Of a stretch of 64,000 nucleotides of DNA, positions 25,274 to 39,400 are shown piece by piece. The position numbers and the translations under genes were made by a program. Numbering within the stretch: the stretch's first letter is position 1; the number at the start of each line of letters is the position of its first letter. This stretch comes from Felis catus (taxonomy: Eukaryota): NCBI RefSeq assembly GCF_018350175.1, contig NC_058368.1, positions 95,048,001 to 95,112,000 of the forward strand, given 5' to 3'. The notes under the pieces are model-generated. The model was not told the DNA's origin. It saw nothing but the letters and a program-made list of their open reading frames with translations, and ran no database searches.

Positions 25274-27951
25274 CTAAACTTTGTATTTTGTTAAGTAGAA
25301 CTCCTTTTCTTCTACTGTAACATCTTGGTTAGGTAAAATACCCATCTTCTTTACATGCTCAGTCTGATATTTTCTTCACATAATAAGATACGATTCAAAA
25401 ACTCATTGTTTTCAAGCCATGTGGTTATGCTAACACTAAGATATATATAGCAATACGATTAATTGGAAATTATAATTCTATTAATATATATTAAATATGT
25501 AAGTAATTAATACACAATTAGAATGAATTAATCTATAGTAATTTGAAAAAGCATCCATTATCATGCTTTTCATTCCCATTCGTTTCAAATGCCACTTTCA
25601 GTGTGGTAAAGTGAGTAAAATACTACTGTGATAAACGCAGGCCAACTGCACTCTGTCATTAAAAACTTTGCAGCATGGAGGCCATTTTCTGGCCTGCACC
25701 TGTGTGTTGTCTCCACCATTGGAGACCACTGGATACACTATCACTAGATAAACTCCTGCTTCAGGCATTCACACAGATCCCCTGATTCCTAGCTGTTGGT
25801 GCTTTTTTCAAGTCATTTCTGCTGGGAGGGGCTGGTCCCTTGTCAATACTCTGAAACCGAGAAGAAATGAACTCTTCATCTCCGTCTCTCACTGTCAGAA
25901 CCATGACGTGGCAAGATGAGGGGGTGAGGCTTTGAAGCTGCACAGTTTTGCCCCACGATTCCCTGTTTGCTTGTAATCAGGCATATTTCATGGAGACCGA
26001 TGTGTGTATGCGTGCGTTACATACCTAATTTCAAGAATGAGGGAGAGAAAATCTTGGCCCAAACCATCATTTTCCACTTGTGTCTTCCTTGGCCATTTAT
26101 TCTCACCTGACTGGCACCAAAGCCAGCCAACAACTTCTACTTCAGATCAGCATCTTTTGGCACTTAGGTGACAGCGTATTTCTGCATGGCTGAATGCAGA
26201 CAGGAAAAAGTCTTGTGTAAATAATATTTTCCATTAGCAACATTGAACTGATGTCAAAGCCCTCAATCCATCTCCAAGACGGTGAAGTTCACAGTCATGC
26301 GAACAGTAAGACGGCGACGTGAATGACTCACAGTCGAGACTGTCCTGCCCCACTTGATACTAACTGGGGCAAAATAAAGGAGTCAGATGTGGGTCATGTC
26401 TTCCTCAGGCTGCAAAGACTTGATAACATTCATGTGGATCAGCAGCGATGGGTGGTAGGGGGCGGAGGGCAAACACAGAAACAGTTGAATCACAAGCAGG
26501 CCTGGCTACACGACATGCTAATTAGTGACGATCACCATGTCCATTGCATTTTAAATATTCAAAATCGGAATTCAAACGCCACAGGTGTTTCATCTAAACA
26601 TGTTGTGTCTGTTTTCAGAAGTCCTAGTACGTCTATGGTGTGTTGGGGAGGAGAGAAGCAGAGTCCTCAAAACTATTATTATTGTATTTTTTAAATGATA
26701 ACTAGCATCCGAGGTCATTCTCAAAAGGCAGCAATCCCAGACTAACAGGACTCCATAAAGGGTTAATTACGGTGCGTGTTCCTGTGCTAAGAGGCCACCC
26801 ACACAAGTTCGTTTTGTCAGTACCAAGCTCGGAGTTATTGTCATTACAAGTTCAAACGCTAATTAACAGTTAGAGTGAACTTGGTAACATCTTCCACATG
26901 AATGGGTATCTAGGGCAGAAGAAAACTTTTAAGTTCTTCAAGATGCCTTAGTTATCCAGGTAGGTAGTCTCGTGTGCAGAAGCAGCAGCTCATGTCCTGT
27001 GTTGGTAAATGCATTGATGGTTGCCCATTTGCTCGGGTGGGGCGTTTGAGATCATGGTTTCTTCCATCCTTTACAGACCATATTTGCTCACCAGATCATG
27101 TAAAGTTCTAGGAACCACGCTACTGTAACTGACCCATATTCTGGTGTTTATAGAAGTCAGTAATCTGGCCACCTCTTTGGCAAGTCGAGTATCTGCTATA
27201 GGACACTCAGCATTTGCCTCTTCTTCATTGCCCTATGGAGTTTTTATTTCTTCCCAGGAGCCCTGCCTCCCAGCGTCTTGATATACACGTATCATTTTTG
27301 GTAGCCTTTTTTAAGGACCTGACTGTCCCTTTGTCTTTCATTAACAGAGGTCAGAAAACACTTGTTTTCTCCCTCTTGTTTACCTTCGACTCTAGGGAAT
27401 TTGCTGCCAAAACGTGTCCATACATCTGTTCAAAGAAACTAAGGAAGCAAACAAGTAGATAAAATTAAAAAAGGGCAAATATCACACACGAGGATGCCAG
27501 AAGAATTTGGACTTCTTTGGAGGTGGAGTTTGACCGTTTGCAGATCCTGGTAGATCAGAGCAAAACTTGCGGGGGTCTTCATCACTTTATGCTCTGAACA
27601 GAGCTGGTTCCTGCATCGTGTTTGGGGACACAGGACCTGTCTCTGGCTGAGTGGTGAGAAATCCACGGTGGTGAGGGCCTTCATTCAGGACTACTTGTAC
27701 ACTCTCTGTCTTCCACTCCCTAGACTGGCAACTCTTCCTTTACCTCCAGAGGCTGCTGCGTCAATGCTGCTTGAACCCTTGCCCTGACATTTTTTTGTTG
27801 TTATTTGGGAGATGGCATCATTTTTCATTCTTAACATTGAAATTCTGTGCGTGTATGTCTGTTTGAATACTCACAAAGCCCAAGGAGCAAGCATATCATA
27901 AAGTTGAAGTTTTTATCCCCCTCTACACCCAAATAATAGATTTTCTCTCTC

Positions 27952-28140
27952 TTTTTAAATGCTTATTTATTTTTGAGAGAGTGCAAATGGGGAAGGTCAG
28001 AGGGAGGGGGTCAGAGGAAGCCTGAAGCAGGCTCTGTGCTGACAGCAGCCGAGCCTGATGTGGGGCTCAAACTCATGGACCACGAGATCACGACCTGAGC
28101 CGAAGTTGGATGTTCAACCGACTGAACCGCCCAGGTGCCC
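27952..28140 (-). mobile_element. Can-SINE
   Basis: SINE body and head. Confidence 0.92.
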
Positions 28141-29892
28141 TGCTTTTCTCTTTCAAGATGATGCGAGTTTCACCTTTTAACTACCATGGGATGATGCTCG
28201 CTTTTCCTGTTAGGCTTATCACTGAATTTCTTTAAGTCAGAGAAGTGTTACCTTCCTATTTTATAGCTAACTAAATTGTACAAACGTTTCTGGGAAACTC
28301 TCAGGACCCCTGGATTCAGTCATACCCCCTTCCTTCCCATGTGGCACATGAGCGAAAGGACCCAGCTTATGGCAGGCTCCCCACCACCTGGAACTCCCTC
28401 CTCTACTCTCACCTTTTCTGGGGTTATCTTCAAAACTGCACAAGGGTGTCAGCCTCTTGGTTTTTTTCTCTTGGTTTAGTTTCTGCTGAAAATAACTTTT
28501 TTTTTTCTTTCTGGAATAATTCCCATTACTCTTGAGCCAAAATAGGCTGTATACGCTTACCCTTAGCATCTAGGCTTGTTACATTTCTAAGTAAGGGCCA
28601 GAATTTCTGTTTTACATTCAGAGTGGTCAAGATCGATCAACACACAGTCAAGACGGATCAACGTGTGATAACTATTAGATCCTCCCCCAAAGGTCTATGA
28701 TTGGACTACTTTCCTGACCTTCCAGGGCTGTTGAACGCAGATTAGGTAGCAGAAATACCACCCCCACACGCTGACACTAGTCTGTGCTGGAAGAAGCAGA
28801 AAAGTAAATAGGACAGTAGGATAAGGCAAGCAAATGCCTGGAGATAATGTGGTCAAGCCTCACTGCTCCTAATCAAGTCTCCAGCATGGTCAAATTCATG
28901 GCCACAGCAGCCCTTTCACTTTTGTGTTGGATTTTGCAAATTCTCTCTTCTCCTCTACTTCTCTCTTAAGTTCTTTAATCTTTTGGGCAACTCTTGAAAT
29001 ACATCTGGAGGATCTTTGATTATATGGCAGCCCATGTTCTCTGCTGCATTTCTCATGCAGATGAAATGTACCTTGTCGAGATAGGAAAAAAGCATTCCCT
29101 TTGGTCCCTAACATTTCCAAGAAATAACTTGGGTACTGGAAAAGCTGGAATAGACTCAAGGCTTTCTTTCAGTAATACATTTACACTTCTGCTTTATTCC
29201 CGTCGAAGGCACTCCTTCCAACTGGGTGGCCTTTACTTATCAAGGTTGGTCTCTGGAATCATTGAGGAATCTCCTTCCCCATCCTCTTTCCCAGGCCCGG
29301 GCACAATCTAGGGCATGGATGCAGTGTGCAGTTTCCTTGTGTATTTCTCAGAAGAGGCCTCTCACTGACTCTCGGGATGGGTTCTCCCTGCCAAACAGGA
29401 CTGAGATCATATCATCAAAACGTTTACAAGGACAAAAACAGATTTGTAATTACTGTGATATCACCATTTCTAGTCAATGTTTCTCCAGCTTGGGATTTAC
29501 TGCTTTTAGACTTTGGCACAAAAGGTGAAGTGGCAGAGGGTTTATCTGCAGCCTAACCCTCTGCTGTTATAATAGGAAACTATGTGAGAAGCTTTTTCCA
29601 CACATGGACTTGATTGACCTAGAAAATGGCAGCCAGGGTAGGAAAGTAAAGACAAGGGCCAGTCTACTCTCTCCCTGTATGCCTGGAGACGCCATTCAGA
29701 TGCGGCAGTGGAATGCTCCGTGGAGGGCTGTCTTTTTATCCTCCCATCTTCCTGGCCCCGTCTAGCTCTGCTGTCCATGGAAACCACAGGGGTGATGGCA
29801 GAGACCCTCATTTGCCTTTTAGAATCAGAGAAACACAGTACTGAGCTATCTCGCGAGGCTGTTATGATGATTAAGATTGTGTTTGTAAAGGT

Positions 29893-30092
29893 TTCTTTAT
29901 TTGGAGAGACAGAGTGAGTGGGTGTGCGAGCAGGGGAGGGGCAGAGAGACAGGGATGGAGAAAGGATCCCAAGCAGGCTTCGTACTGTCAGTGCAGAGCC
30001 CAGCGCGGGGCTCTATCTCACAAACCATGAGATCGTGACTTGAGCCGACATCAGGAGTCAGCTGCTTAACCGACAGAGCCACCCAGGTGCCC
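29893..30092 (-). mobile_element. Can-SINE
   Basis: SINE body and head. Confidence 0.92.
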
Positions 30093-32881
30093 TGGTTCAA
30101 AGGTCTATGAAGTTTTTTAGAAGCAGGAAGCTTTCGTAAAATGATAAGTCATTTCAGTAATAAGCATGTGCTGGAAACCCAGGGCGGGGTCTTGGTTTCC
30201 TGGAGGCAGAGGTCTGAAACCTGAGCATAGCCATAATCTGAAAGGCCGTTCAGATTGGTGTCATTCTCCTTATCTCCCAGCTGTCTCACCTCAGCTCCAT
30301 TTGCCTACGTGGCCTTGGGGCCACTAGGCCAACACTGGGCTCCTGTGACTCTAGAAGTACAAGCCCATCAAGGTGCAAGTAACTACTTCCCTGAGACACT
30401 CTGATGGCACGCCTTATGAGAGACAAACTGCCGACAGATATGCTCACATCCCTACAGTGCGGTCAGCCAGCTGTCTCAAGAACCTGCTCCATTTTCCAGG
30501 ACAGCCTCACGTTTCGCAATCCACGCTCGACGTGTCCTTGTAGCTGACGTCTCTATGTCCTCTTGGCCAGCGCCTCTCCGACGTGAATGTGCATACTGGC
30601 CACCCTGGCAAAATGCAGCCTTTCTAAGAAGCTCTGAGTTGGTGCTGCCGCTGGCTGATGGGCCTCACTGCCCACAGAGCAAGGCCTCAGACCCCTTGTC
30701 GTCTGGACTGGAGCGCTGTGATGACGGGATCACTGGGCGCTCTGTCCCAGAGCCGGACACCTTTCCAGATGGCCTGGAGACCAGATCCTTATCCTCACAC
30801 CACCCCCCTCCAGTTGACACCGAGGCACAGGGAGAAATACGGCGCTTTGCGAACCCAGCGTTGGGCTCCAGACACCGGTCCTGAGCCCACCCACCCAGTT
30901 TTCCCTGATTCCACCTCCTCACAATGCAGCCAGTTCCCACCTCTTTTTACTGTTCGTTATCACTAGTCTGAGCAAACACAAGCTTCAGCCTGATAAACAA
31001 TCAACTGACTTTTCCATAAATATAGATTGCCACGAGAAACAAAAAGAAAAGGGAACAGGATGGAAAGGTGTTATATATTCCATTTATTTTCGGTTCCGAA
31101 CCTATTTTTTCTCCCCCCAGACTTGTTGCCTGATTTCCATTAAGTCATCCTGTTTGCTCCCTGCTTTGGCTTCGCCTTTGCGCTGCTACTCTAGGAAGAT
31201 TTTTAAAGGATTTAAAAGAAATCTATTAGCTTAGAAGAAAACCTGTCCTTTTTTATTCCAGTGGTGTTACAGAAATGGTAGGTAATAGCGGGCCTGTGTA
31301 CCAGGTGTTCTGTGGAGAGCCACGGCATAGCGATGCTGCTGAAAAGCCTCGTGTTCAGTTCTATGGAAATATTTGCTTTGATCCTGTTCTCCCAGGTCAT
31401 CCTAATTGGATTCCTAGCCAAGGCATGTGCTAAACCCGCTCAGTGTATTCACGCTACATTCCTATTTGTTTGTTTTTCAGTATTCAAACATATGAAAGTA
31501 ACTCTGAAGAATTAACTCCTAACCTGTCGACAGATGTGTGTGTTGGGGGGGTGGGCATGTTATCAGAAATTAGCGGTTGGTATAAATTCTCAAGGTGAAA
31601 AGGCCTAGGTTTCAAAGCGCTTGCCATTTTCTTCTCCTTACTTAACTATTTGATTAATATTAATGTACTGATTAAGAAAAGGCCTTTGTTTTTATCTATT
31701 AAGGAAGCTTCTGCAACAGAAGCTTTTATTTCATAACAGTATTGCTAAGAAGCAAGCATTAAGACTGGCTAATAACGTCTTTGGATCTAAACCAGAGGAG
31801 AGGATCCAATGATGTAAACTGCTATACATCTGATACTTCATAAAAGAAGCTGAATAATCCCTTGAGTCAACACCCATGAATGCAAAGCATTCTGCAAATA
31901 AGGAGGGAACATGATTAGCACCGTTAATTAAGGGATATTATACCGAGAACCTTGCAATATGTAAGCTACTCTTTGAGAGGGGCTAAAATGTGTTTAGGGA
32001 CTGCAAATGAATGCCATCTGCAAAAGCGCTCCACCTTATCCCTGTGCATGCCCCAGTGCTGGGGCACTCTGGTGGCGTGGCTGTCCTGGTGATTGTGTAG
32101 GACCATCTCCCCTATCACTTACATTTGCACCTGCACACAGGGATGTCTGGCAGCCCTGGAACTTGACTGTCTAGTTCTGGGCTGATGGGTCCTGAGTTAG
32201 TTCCAGAGCTGTTGTCGGTATCCCCACAGCCAGGCTTCGCGTAGCACAGCTAGGGCCAGTTAGAACGCCTTCCCCCTCGTTGACAGCTTTCTTCTCTGCT
32301 GTACTCGAGGTTTGATTTATGGACCTTACCTCTTGCTTCCAGGGAAGGCTGGCACACTCTCGATACTGTCCATTTAGCTGTCACGTCCATGTCGGCTCAA
32401 CAGTGGTTCTCGAGGCTCATGGCGCGTTTCAGCGAATATCACATTGCTTGTCACACTGGAGCGGAAGACTCACGTTGGGGTGGGGTACGGAGGAAAGTTT
32501 CAAGCTCCTGCTGTGGAGGGCAGACGCGGTGCGTGTCATTGTATACAGACAACTTTGCGAATGGGCTCTGGAGGGTCACCACGGCTGCTGACAAATCTCT
32601 GGGTTTTCTATCGTCAAGAATTGCAAAACAGGCCTCCCCGTGTTTGTATTACACTCAAAGCTCTTCTCAGTGTGTAGTCCATAAATATAATGGTATGGAC
32701 CATGGAGGCACTGCTGTTGTGCTTAAATAATACATTTTTTTTCTTGATAACTGCTTCTTCAGCTGGAGGGTTTCCCTTTTCCCTGGGAAACTGAGGCCAC
32801 GGAACGAACGGGCCTGCCCACAGATCATACCAAGTCAACAGAAGATAGAAGAACACAACTCTTTTCTCCTTGGCTGTACCA

Positions 32882-32941
32882 TAGTACTTAAAGTACTTAA
32901 GTACAGTACTTAAAGTACAGTAGTACTTAAAACAGTACTAC
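32882..32941. repeat. Irregular AGTAC(T) tandem repeat
   Basis: tagtacttaaagtacttaagtacagtacttaaagtacagtagtacttaaaacagtacta. Confidence 0.85.
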
Positions 32942-34307
32942 TCTGCACCCTTCTGTTCCATAAGCCACAGTGGATAACCACAACGGTGTTGTCATTATCC
33001 AGAAACAGTTTAAACTCTGTTCTTACATGAATGCTGCCTTGGAAACTAAAGGAGTAATTGGACAGGCCCAGTCTTCTCTGTGTGCAGTTTTGACTTCTAG
33101 AAAGAAGTGTACAGTAACTAAAGCCTGATGTTGTTCGTATGATATTTTAAACCACTAATTTAAAAGTTCTTGGTGCTGGCTGATGGGAAGCCCAAATAAG
33201 CACTTTTCAGGCTCTCAGTGGATCAACTCACTGAAACTAAAACTCTTTATAAGCTAGCAACAAAATGGACATGGTCTGTCCTCTTAGGGGTCTCTGAAAA
33301 TTAGGGGGGGAGAATCGCACACTAAATTCCCTTAAGATAGCCAGGGATCTACTAAGAGGTTGCTTTATAACCTTGTACCCTTTGAAGACTGAGGAATTAG
33401 TCTTAATGGGCAAATTCTGTGTGTGACCCATAGCGTATGGAGATCTCAGATACTAGAACACAATTGAGGCTAAAGCCTCAAGAGAGATAAGAAGCAGAAG
33501 GATCTGGATGATTATGTTTATCTTCTGGAGAAGTCTAAACTTCCGTGAAACCCTCATGACATTTAGAAGGCAGGGAAGGGTGGGGAGCCACTGTGGGGGT
33601 GGCTTCTGCCGGGACCCACAGTGCCCCCCTGTTGCCCAGCCTCTGACTGGGTTGGGCGGGGGGGCAGGTCACAGAGGCTAATTTTCTCTTCACCTCTGCC
33701 AACACTGACCAGAGAAACAAAATGTAAACAGAGTTGGAACTGGAGACACGTGACAAAAATGATTTTATTTACAATAATAAGTGAGAAATGACGCTCTCCT
33801 CTTCTAATGAGGTATGAATATCCAGATAGTGTTAACAGAGTGTGGCATGTTAGTGCTTTTCTAGTAACGGCAGAAATGCAATCCATCACGTATGCAAAAT
33901 TCACAAGAGTTTTCCCCCATGTCACTCGCACCCCGTATCAGCTATAAATTTTCAGCGCACGCAGTGGTATCCAAACAAGAATCAGAATGCTCAACCAATG
34001 TTCATGCACTTTCACAGACGCCTCGCCGCCAAAGCCTACCTATCTACCTTCGGGGTGGTGACAGCAGGGACTCAGTTCGGTTGGCTGTGACTCGTGTCTC
34101 TGCTCATGGGCATCTTACGATCGTATTTAAATCAGTGATGGATCCTAACCTTGTACAAACAGAAAAATAAGCAACGGCATTCCTTCAGGATTTGAGTGGA
34201 AAGGGGTTGGCGGTTGAAGGGTTTATCAGTCCAGAGGCATTTTCAGCCATTGTCCTTTAAAAACACACGTTATAACCGTCCCTCAGTTATTTCAGGTCAT
34301 TAATTTC

Positions 34308-34988
34308 TTTTTTTTTTCAATATATGAAGTTTATTGTCAAATTGGTTTCCATACAACACCCAGTGCTCATCCCAAAAGGTGCCCTCCTCAATACCCATCA
34401 CCCACCCTCCTCTCCCTCCCACCCCCCCCCCCCATCAACCCTCAGTTTGTTCTCAGTTTTTAAGAGTCTCTTATGCTTTGGCTCTCTTCCACTCTAACCT
34501 CTTTTTTTTTTTTCCTTCCCCTCCCCCATGGGTTTCTGTTAAGTTTCTCAAGATCCACATAAGAGTGAAACCATATGGTATCTGTCTTTCTCTGTATGGC
34601 TTATTTCACTTAGCATCAAACTGTCCAGTTCCATCCACGTTGCTACAAAGGGCCATATTTCATTCTTTCTCATTGCCACGTGGTACTCCATTGTGTGTAT
34701 AAACCACAATTTCTTTACCCATTCATCAGTGGAGGGACATTTAGGCTCTTTCCATAATTTGGCTATTGTTGAGAGTGCTGCTATAAACATTGGGGTACAA
34801 GTGCCCCTATGCATCAGTACTCCTGTATCCCTTGGGTAAATTCCTAGCAGTGCTATGGCTGGGTCATAGGATAGGTCTATTTTTAATTTTTTGAGGAACC
34901 TCCACACTGTTTTCCAGAGTGCCTGCACCAATTTGCATTCCCACCAACAGTGCAAGAGGGTTCCCGTTTCTCCACATCCTCTCCAGCA
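34308..34988 (-). mobile_element. Young 5'-truncated felid L1 (ORF2 C-terminus, 3' UTR, polyA)
   Basis: ORF 34548..34955 ([40 protein letters not shown]...) is the L1 ORF2 C-terminus. Perfect 16-bp TSD tcaggtcattaatttc at 34292-34307 and 34989-35004. Confidence 0.97.
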
Positions 34989-36199
34989 TCAGGTCATTAA
35001 TTTCCATGGTATTTATTCCTGTGATGACTGCTGAGCCCCTTCGGTTTTATCTTAGCGAAATAAACGTATCTGCTACTAAAGGTTAGTTACAAGTTTCACA
35101 CGGTCAGCAGGTCTGGATTATTTTAAGAAAGGAGAGATTACCAAGGGAAGGATCCTGTCCCAGGTTATCCGACACCACCACACCACCTTTTAGTCCGTGA
35201 ACTTGAAACCAGGTCTGTGAAATAATACTCTAAAGGTGCTAATGTTAATAGTATCTAATGATACAGAGAGCCCCGTGTCAGGCTCCATGGGCTTGAAGCC
35301 TTGCCTTTAACTGGCTTTCCTGAATCACTGCAGAAGCAAAGACGATATGGAAGGCAAGGTTTTCTCCAGTGACCTGTCCGCATGTGCCCAGCAGACACCT
35401 CTGGGGCCCTGAGACCTTCCACGGCATCCAGGTGCTGTGCACCTGACAGCGTGAACAGTGACTTTGGTTGACCTGGGCTTTTTTTTTGCACTGTATAAAA
35501 ACATATGACACCCTTTGGTCTGCACCAAAACCTGGGCACAGAAGCTTGATTGTCTGATCACCTCACACACGAGGAAAGTCCTTGTCAGAATGACTGATGA
35601 AATCAGAGGCCCCCAAGACTAACTGGTCATTACAGTCACCTGAGGGATATTTGACACTTATGGGTTCCCAGGCCTCAACCCTGGAGATTCTGATCAGGTA
35701 GTCCTCGGGCAACCCCGTTTCCCAAACAGCTTCGTGCCTACAATTCTCACCCTTAAGGACAGGAATCCAATATTGTCAAGAGAGGAGTTGGATTAGCCCT
35801 GTTTTTAAATGTTAGCATCCACTGGCACATTCAACAAGTAACTCTGAATGCAAAAATAATTAGGCTATAGTCTCTTTTTTGGGCGATCTGAAAAGCGAGG
35901 GGCTTTATGGAGTTTGTAAAGCCTCATTTAGGTGAGATAAAGGCCATGGCCAATGAAAATGTATGCAGAAGACCCTCAAGGAGGAATGGGGAAGAGGAGG
36001 GTTACAAAGCTTTGGGTGTCGAGAAGATGTCAAAACAGGCAGGCAGTAGAAGCCAATTCAAGTGTAGAATCGGTTCTGCTTGATATTTTCAAGTGAGTAC
36101 ACGCACACACACATGCATGCACACACACACATTCTTTTTGCAGCTTATGCCTCATCAGCATGCTTACATGAACAGATTTTGGGGAAAAAGAGTAAAAAT

Positions 36200-36410
36200 A
36201 GGAAATACTTATCTAGCACTTAGTATATAACAGGCCCTTAAAGCAATTTATACATATTGACTCATTTATCCTCACAGCAACCCGGAGGCAGATACTACTA
36301 CTACTACGCCATTTTACAGAGGGGGAAACTGAGGCACAGGGAGGTTAAGTGGTTTGCCTGAGGTCATGCTCCTAGTGCGTGGTGAACTTTGGACTTGAAC
36401 CCAGGCCTCT
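36200..36410 (-). mobile_element. MIR
   Basis: ccattttacagagggggaaactgaggcacagggaggttaagt core. Confidence 0.85.
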
Positions 36411-39400
36411 GCCTTTCTCTGCAAGTGGCCATGGACTCGCTGCCTCTCTTCTCTCGTCTCTTGCACAGTCTCCTTCCCTCCTACCCCTAAGTTTTGACCT
36501 GATTATTGAATTCAGACATAATAGGTATCTCAGAGGATGTAATCACAACAAGCTTGCTCTATCAGCTTCCTGTTTGCAATTAAACGTAGGCCCCCTACAA
36601 CAACATCATCAATAATCCCACTCAGGAATTAGGATGTCTGGACTGACAAGTTAAAGTATCAGGAACCATCAGCTTTCTGACAGCTAGGGTAGGGCTTTAA
36701 AACAAATACCTGCCTGATGTTCGCCACAAGGACTCTCCCCAGAGTGTGTCACAGGATCCTGTCTACAGATCTGGACTAGGTCATTTCCATTAACCTGAAG
36801 AATGGTGACAACAAGAAGTGCAGACACCACCCCCCCCCCCAGCCCCCGGTCACTGACACCAGTCACAGAATTACTGATTCACCTGGAAAGACCACTGCAA
36901 GGGGAGCCACGGTCTTTGTTCCTATTCTTTAAAATTTCCCAGAATGTGTAAAATAACTCTATCCAGAGCCTGAGGCTTCCTCTGATGTTCACATTTCTTT
37001 TTAAAAAAAAAAAAAAAGATTGGTAGCCAACTGTCCTTTTCAACATGTTTCAGTTTGCCAAGCTGAAAATTACAAAGTGCAAGAGGTGGGCAGAAGGATA
37101 AGAACACGCAACTTTACATCGGCTCTCTTTTTATTCAAGAGGAGAATGTTTCTCCACTTTTCCCAAACCAGGGCAAAGACAGGTGCCACTGCGTCTTGTA
37201 AGGACAAACTGGGGTGGTGCATATAAAAGATCCATGGGAACGTCTGGCACCAGTGACTTAGCCCCTCTCCGTGTCAGTTAACGGTTTGGTATGAAATGAA
37301 ATCCTCCGAGCTTGGGCCTGTTTTCCATCGCTCAGCATAGCTGCACCAGGCCGCGGAGCAAGCCAGATAAGAGCCCCAAAAGGTGGAAGGCGAGAGGGCC
37401 TGTGTCTTAGATGGGGCATCAGTCTGTATCCTATCCACCAGGAGACGGGTCCACCCACATCAGCTTCTCAACTTGCGAGGGCAGGTCAGTTTCTCTCCCC
37501 AAACCCTTTTTACCCCAGTGGGGGGAAAATCACTTACCCTTAATTACAGGAAGGTGTTAATAATGGGACGGTTTTACCAATGCACTAGAAAACGATTTCA
37601 TAAGTAGTGCCACATGTTGGCCAGAGGTGACCGAAATGGAAACCTGTTCGTGCAGCCATTGCCAAAATACACTAGAAAGTTGAAGTAAGATCTATGTGGA
37701 TCGGGTGTAGGGATAAATAAGCCACGATGGAGATCCCGTCTCCAGGAGAAAAGCAGCTCCCTGCACAGACAAGGGTCCAGGAGGAGTTGGCTGTGTTGGA
37801 GCCAGCACTCATTCATTGCCAAGAATCCTTGTGAGTCACCGAAGGACACTTCTCCACTTGGAAAACAGGGGCAGCCTTACTAGTTTGCAAACCGCCTTGA
37901 AACCTATAGAGGAAAAATAAGTGTATCTCGTGCATTCGAATAGCACATTACACGTTACATAACTCTGTATCAGACCTATTTTTTGGTGACTGCATCGGGA
38001 AGCTCTTACTAATACATTCACTTGAAACACAAGTCACCTCATTTACCTTTAAACACTTGCCAAAGCACCAAGTATAGTTTTAGCTGGATTTCTTACAAAC
38101 CTCCCGCAAGGGAGGCCACTTCTGAACTCCTGAGTCCAGCCCCTCAAAGGTATTCGATCTTAAACACACCATCACGTTGACTGCTTTGGCTGGTCACGCG
38201 TGGTGTCGTTAGCGTCTGTTTAATATGGCAGCTGATGCCTTGTGGTCCCTTGGAAGTGGGCGGGAGCAGAGCCTTGGAGAGAAGTGGATTCTAATTGCCT
38301 GCCGCAGGACTGTGTGGCGCTGCCTGTGACAGCGGCAAATGGGGAAAAGAGGAAAGCATTAGAGAAGGTCTGTTGTCCTGGTGAAGTGGGATTCCTAGAA
38401 CACACTGTGCTATAAAATGCGATTTGGCTCCACAGTGCCGAGAGCAAACAATGGACTCAATAGTACCCAGCATTGCTTGCCGGGCATATTCTAGCTCCTT
38501 TAGTGGGAGCTGCCTTTCATTCAAGGGAGCAGGAGCCGCGCTAGAGAATGGAAAGGAGGGGGGTGTTATTATTGGTCCAGAGAAATCCTGAGAGTAAGAT
38601 GTTAGGGGGACAAAACCCAGGAGACTTTGAGCCAGGGCAGAGACCACAATGAGAAACCCTCTTACACCTACCATGCTTCCAGCAAGTTGATCATGTGGGG
38701 GGATACAGAACTACAGAAGTGACTAATAAAATGTGTCCAGGCTCTTTATCTGGCTTAGTATAGTACAGAGTGTGTTTTAGAAAGCTCTGGGCGGAGGATG
38801 AGTCTTGATTAGATCTCTCTGTCCGGGAAGGCGTGGGGACAAGGAGGCTTTGCGTAGTGTGGGAAGGTCTCTGCTTTGTGTCCTTACCCACGTGTGATTG
38901 GATTCCACGGAAAACAAATAGTAAACAGGATCATCAGTGAAACGTTCTCAGCCGCCTAAGATGAAAACTATATCCTGCCTTAGAACAAAATTATTTGTCA
39001 GTCTCTAGCTGGGTAACAGATCGTATTAGCAATGAGTCAGGAGTTAAAAGTTTGCTCCCGACTTGCAAAACAGAGAGGAGAGAAACCCCCACGGAAAAAG
39101 TGCTCCAGGCACTAAAAGACAGTTTAACTGTTGAAATCAAAGACAGTAAATTATAAGCCTGTACATGTGGGAGCAAGTCCACCTAATTATGAATAGGGCA
39201 TTGTCAAACCAGTTTGCCCCTGAACTATTCCCTTGAAACTAATTTGGGTTTCTTAAAACTCCATTTTAACCAAAATGTTGGGACACAGTTACATTGTAGC
39301 TATTACTAACCGTCACAGTCAAAGATATGAAATGAAGGACACATATTCTATTTGAGGGTTCACGTGAAGGTAACATGTGATTATTTTGACAGTATTTGTT

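Noticed and set aside
34548..34955. 135-aa ORF as a host gene
   Set aside because: It is the L1 ORF2 C-terminus in a 5'-truncated insertion.
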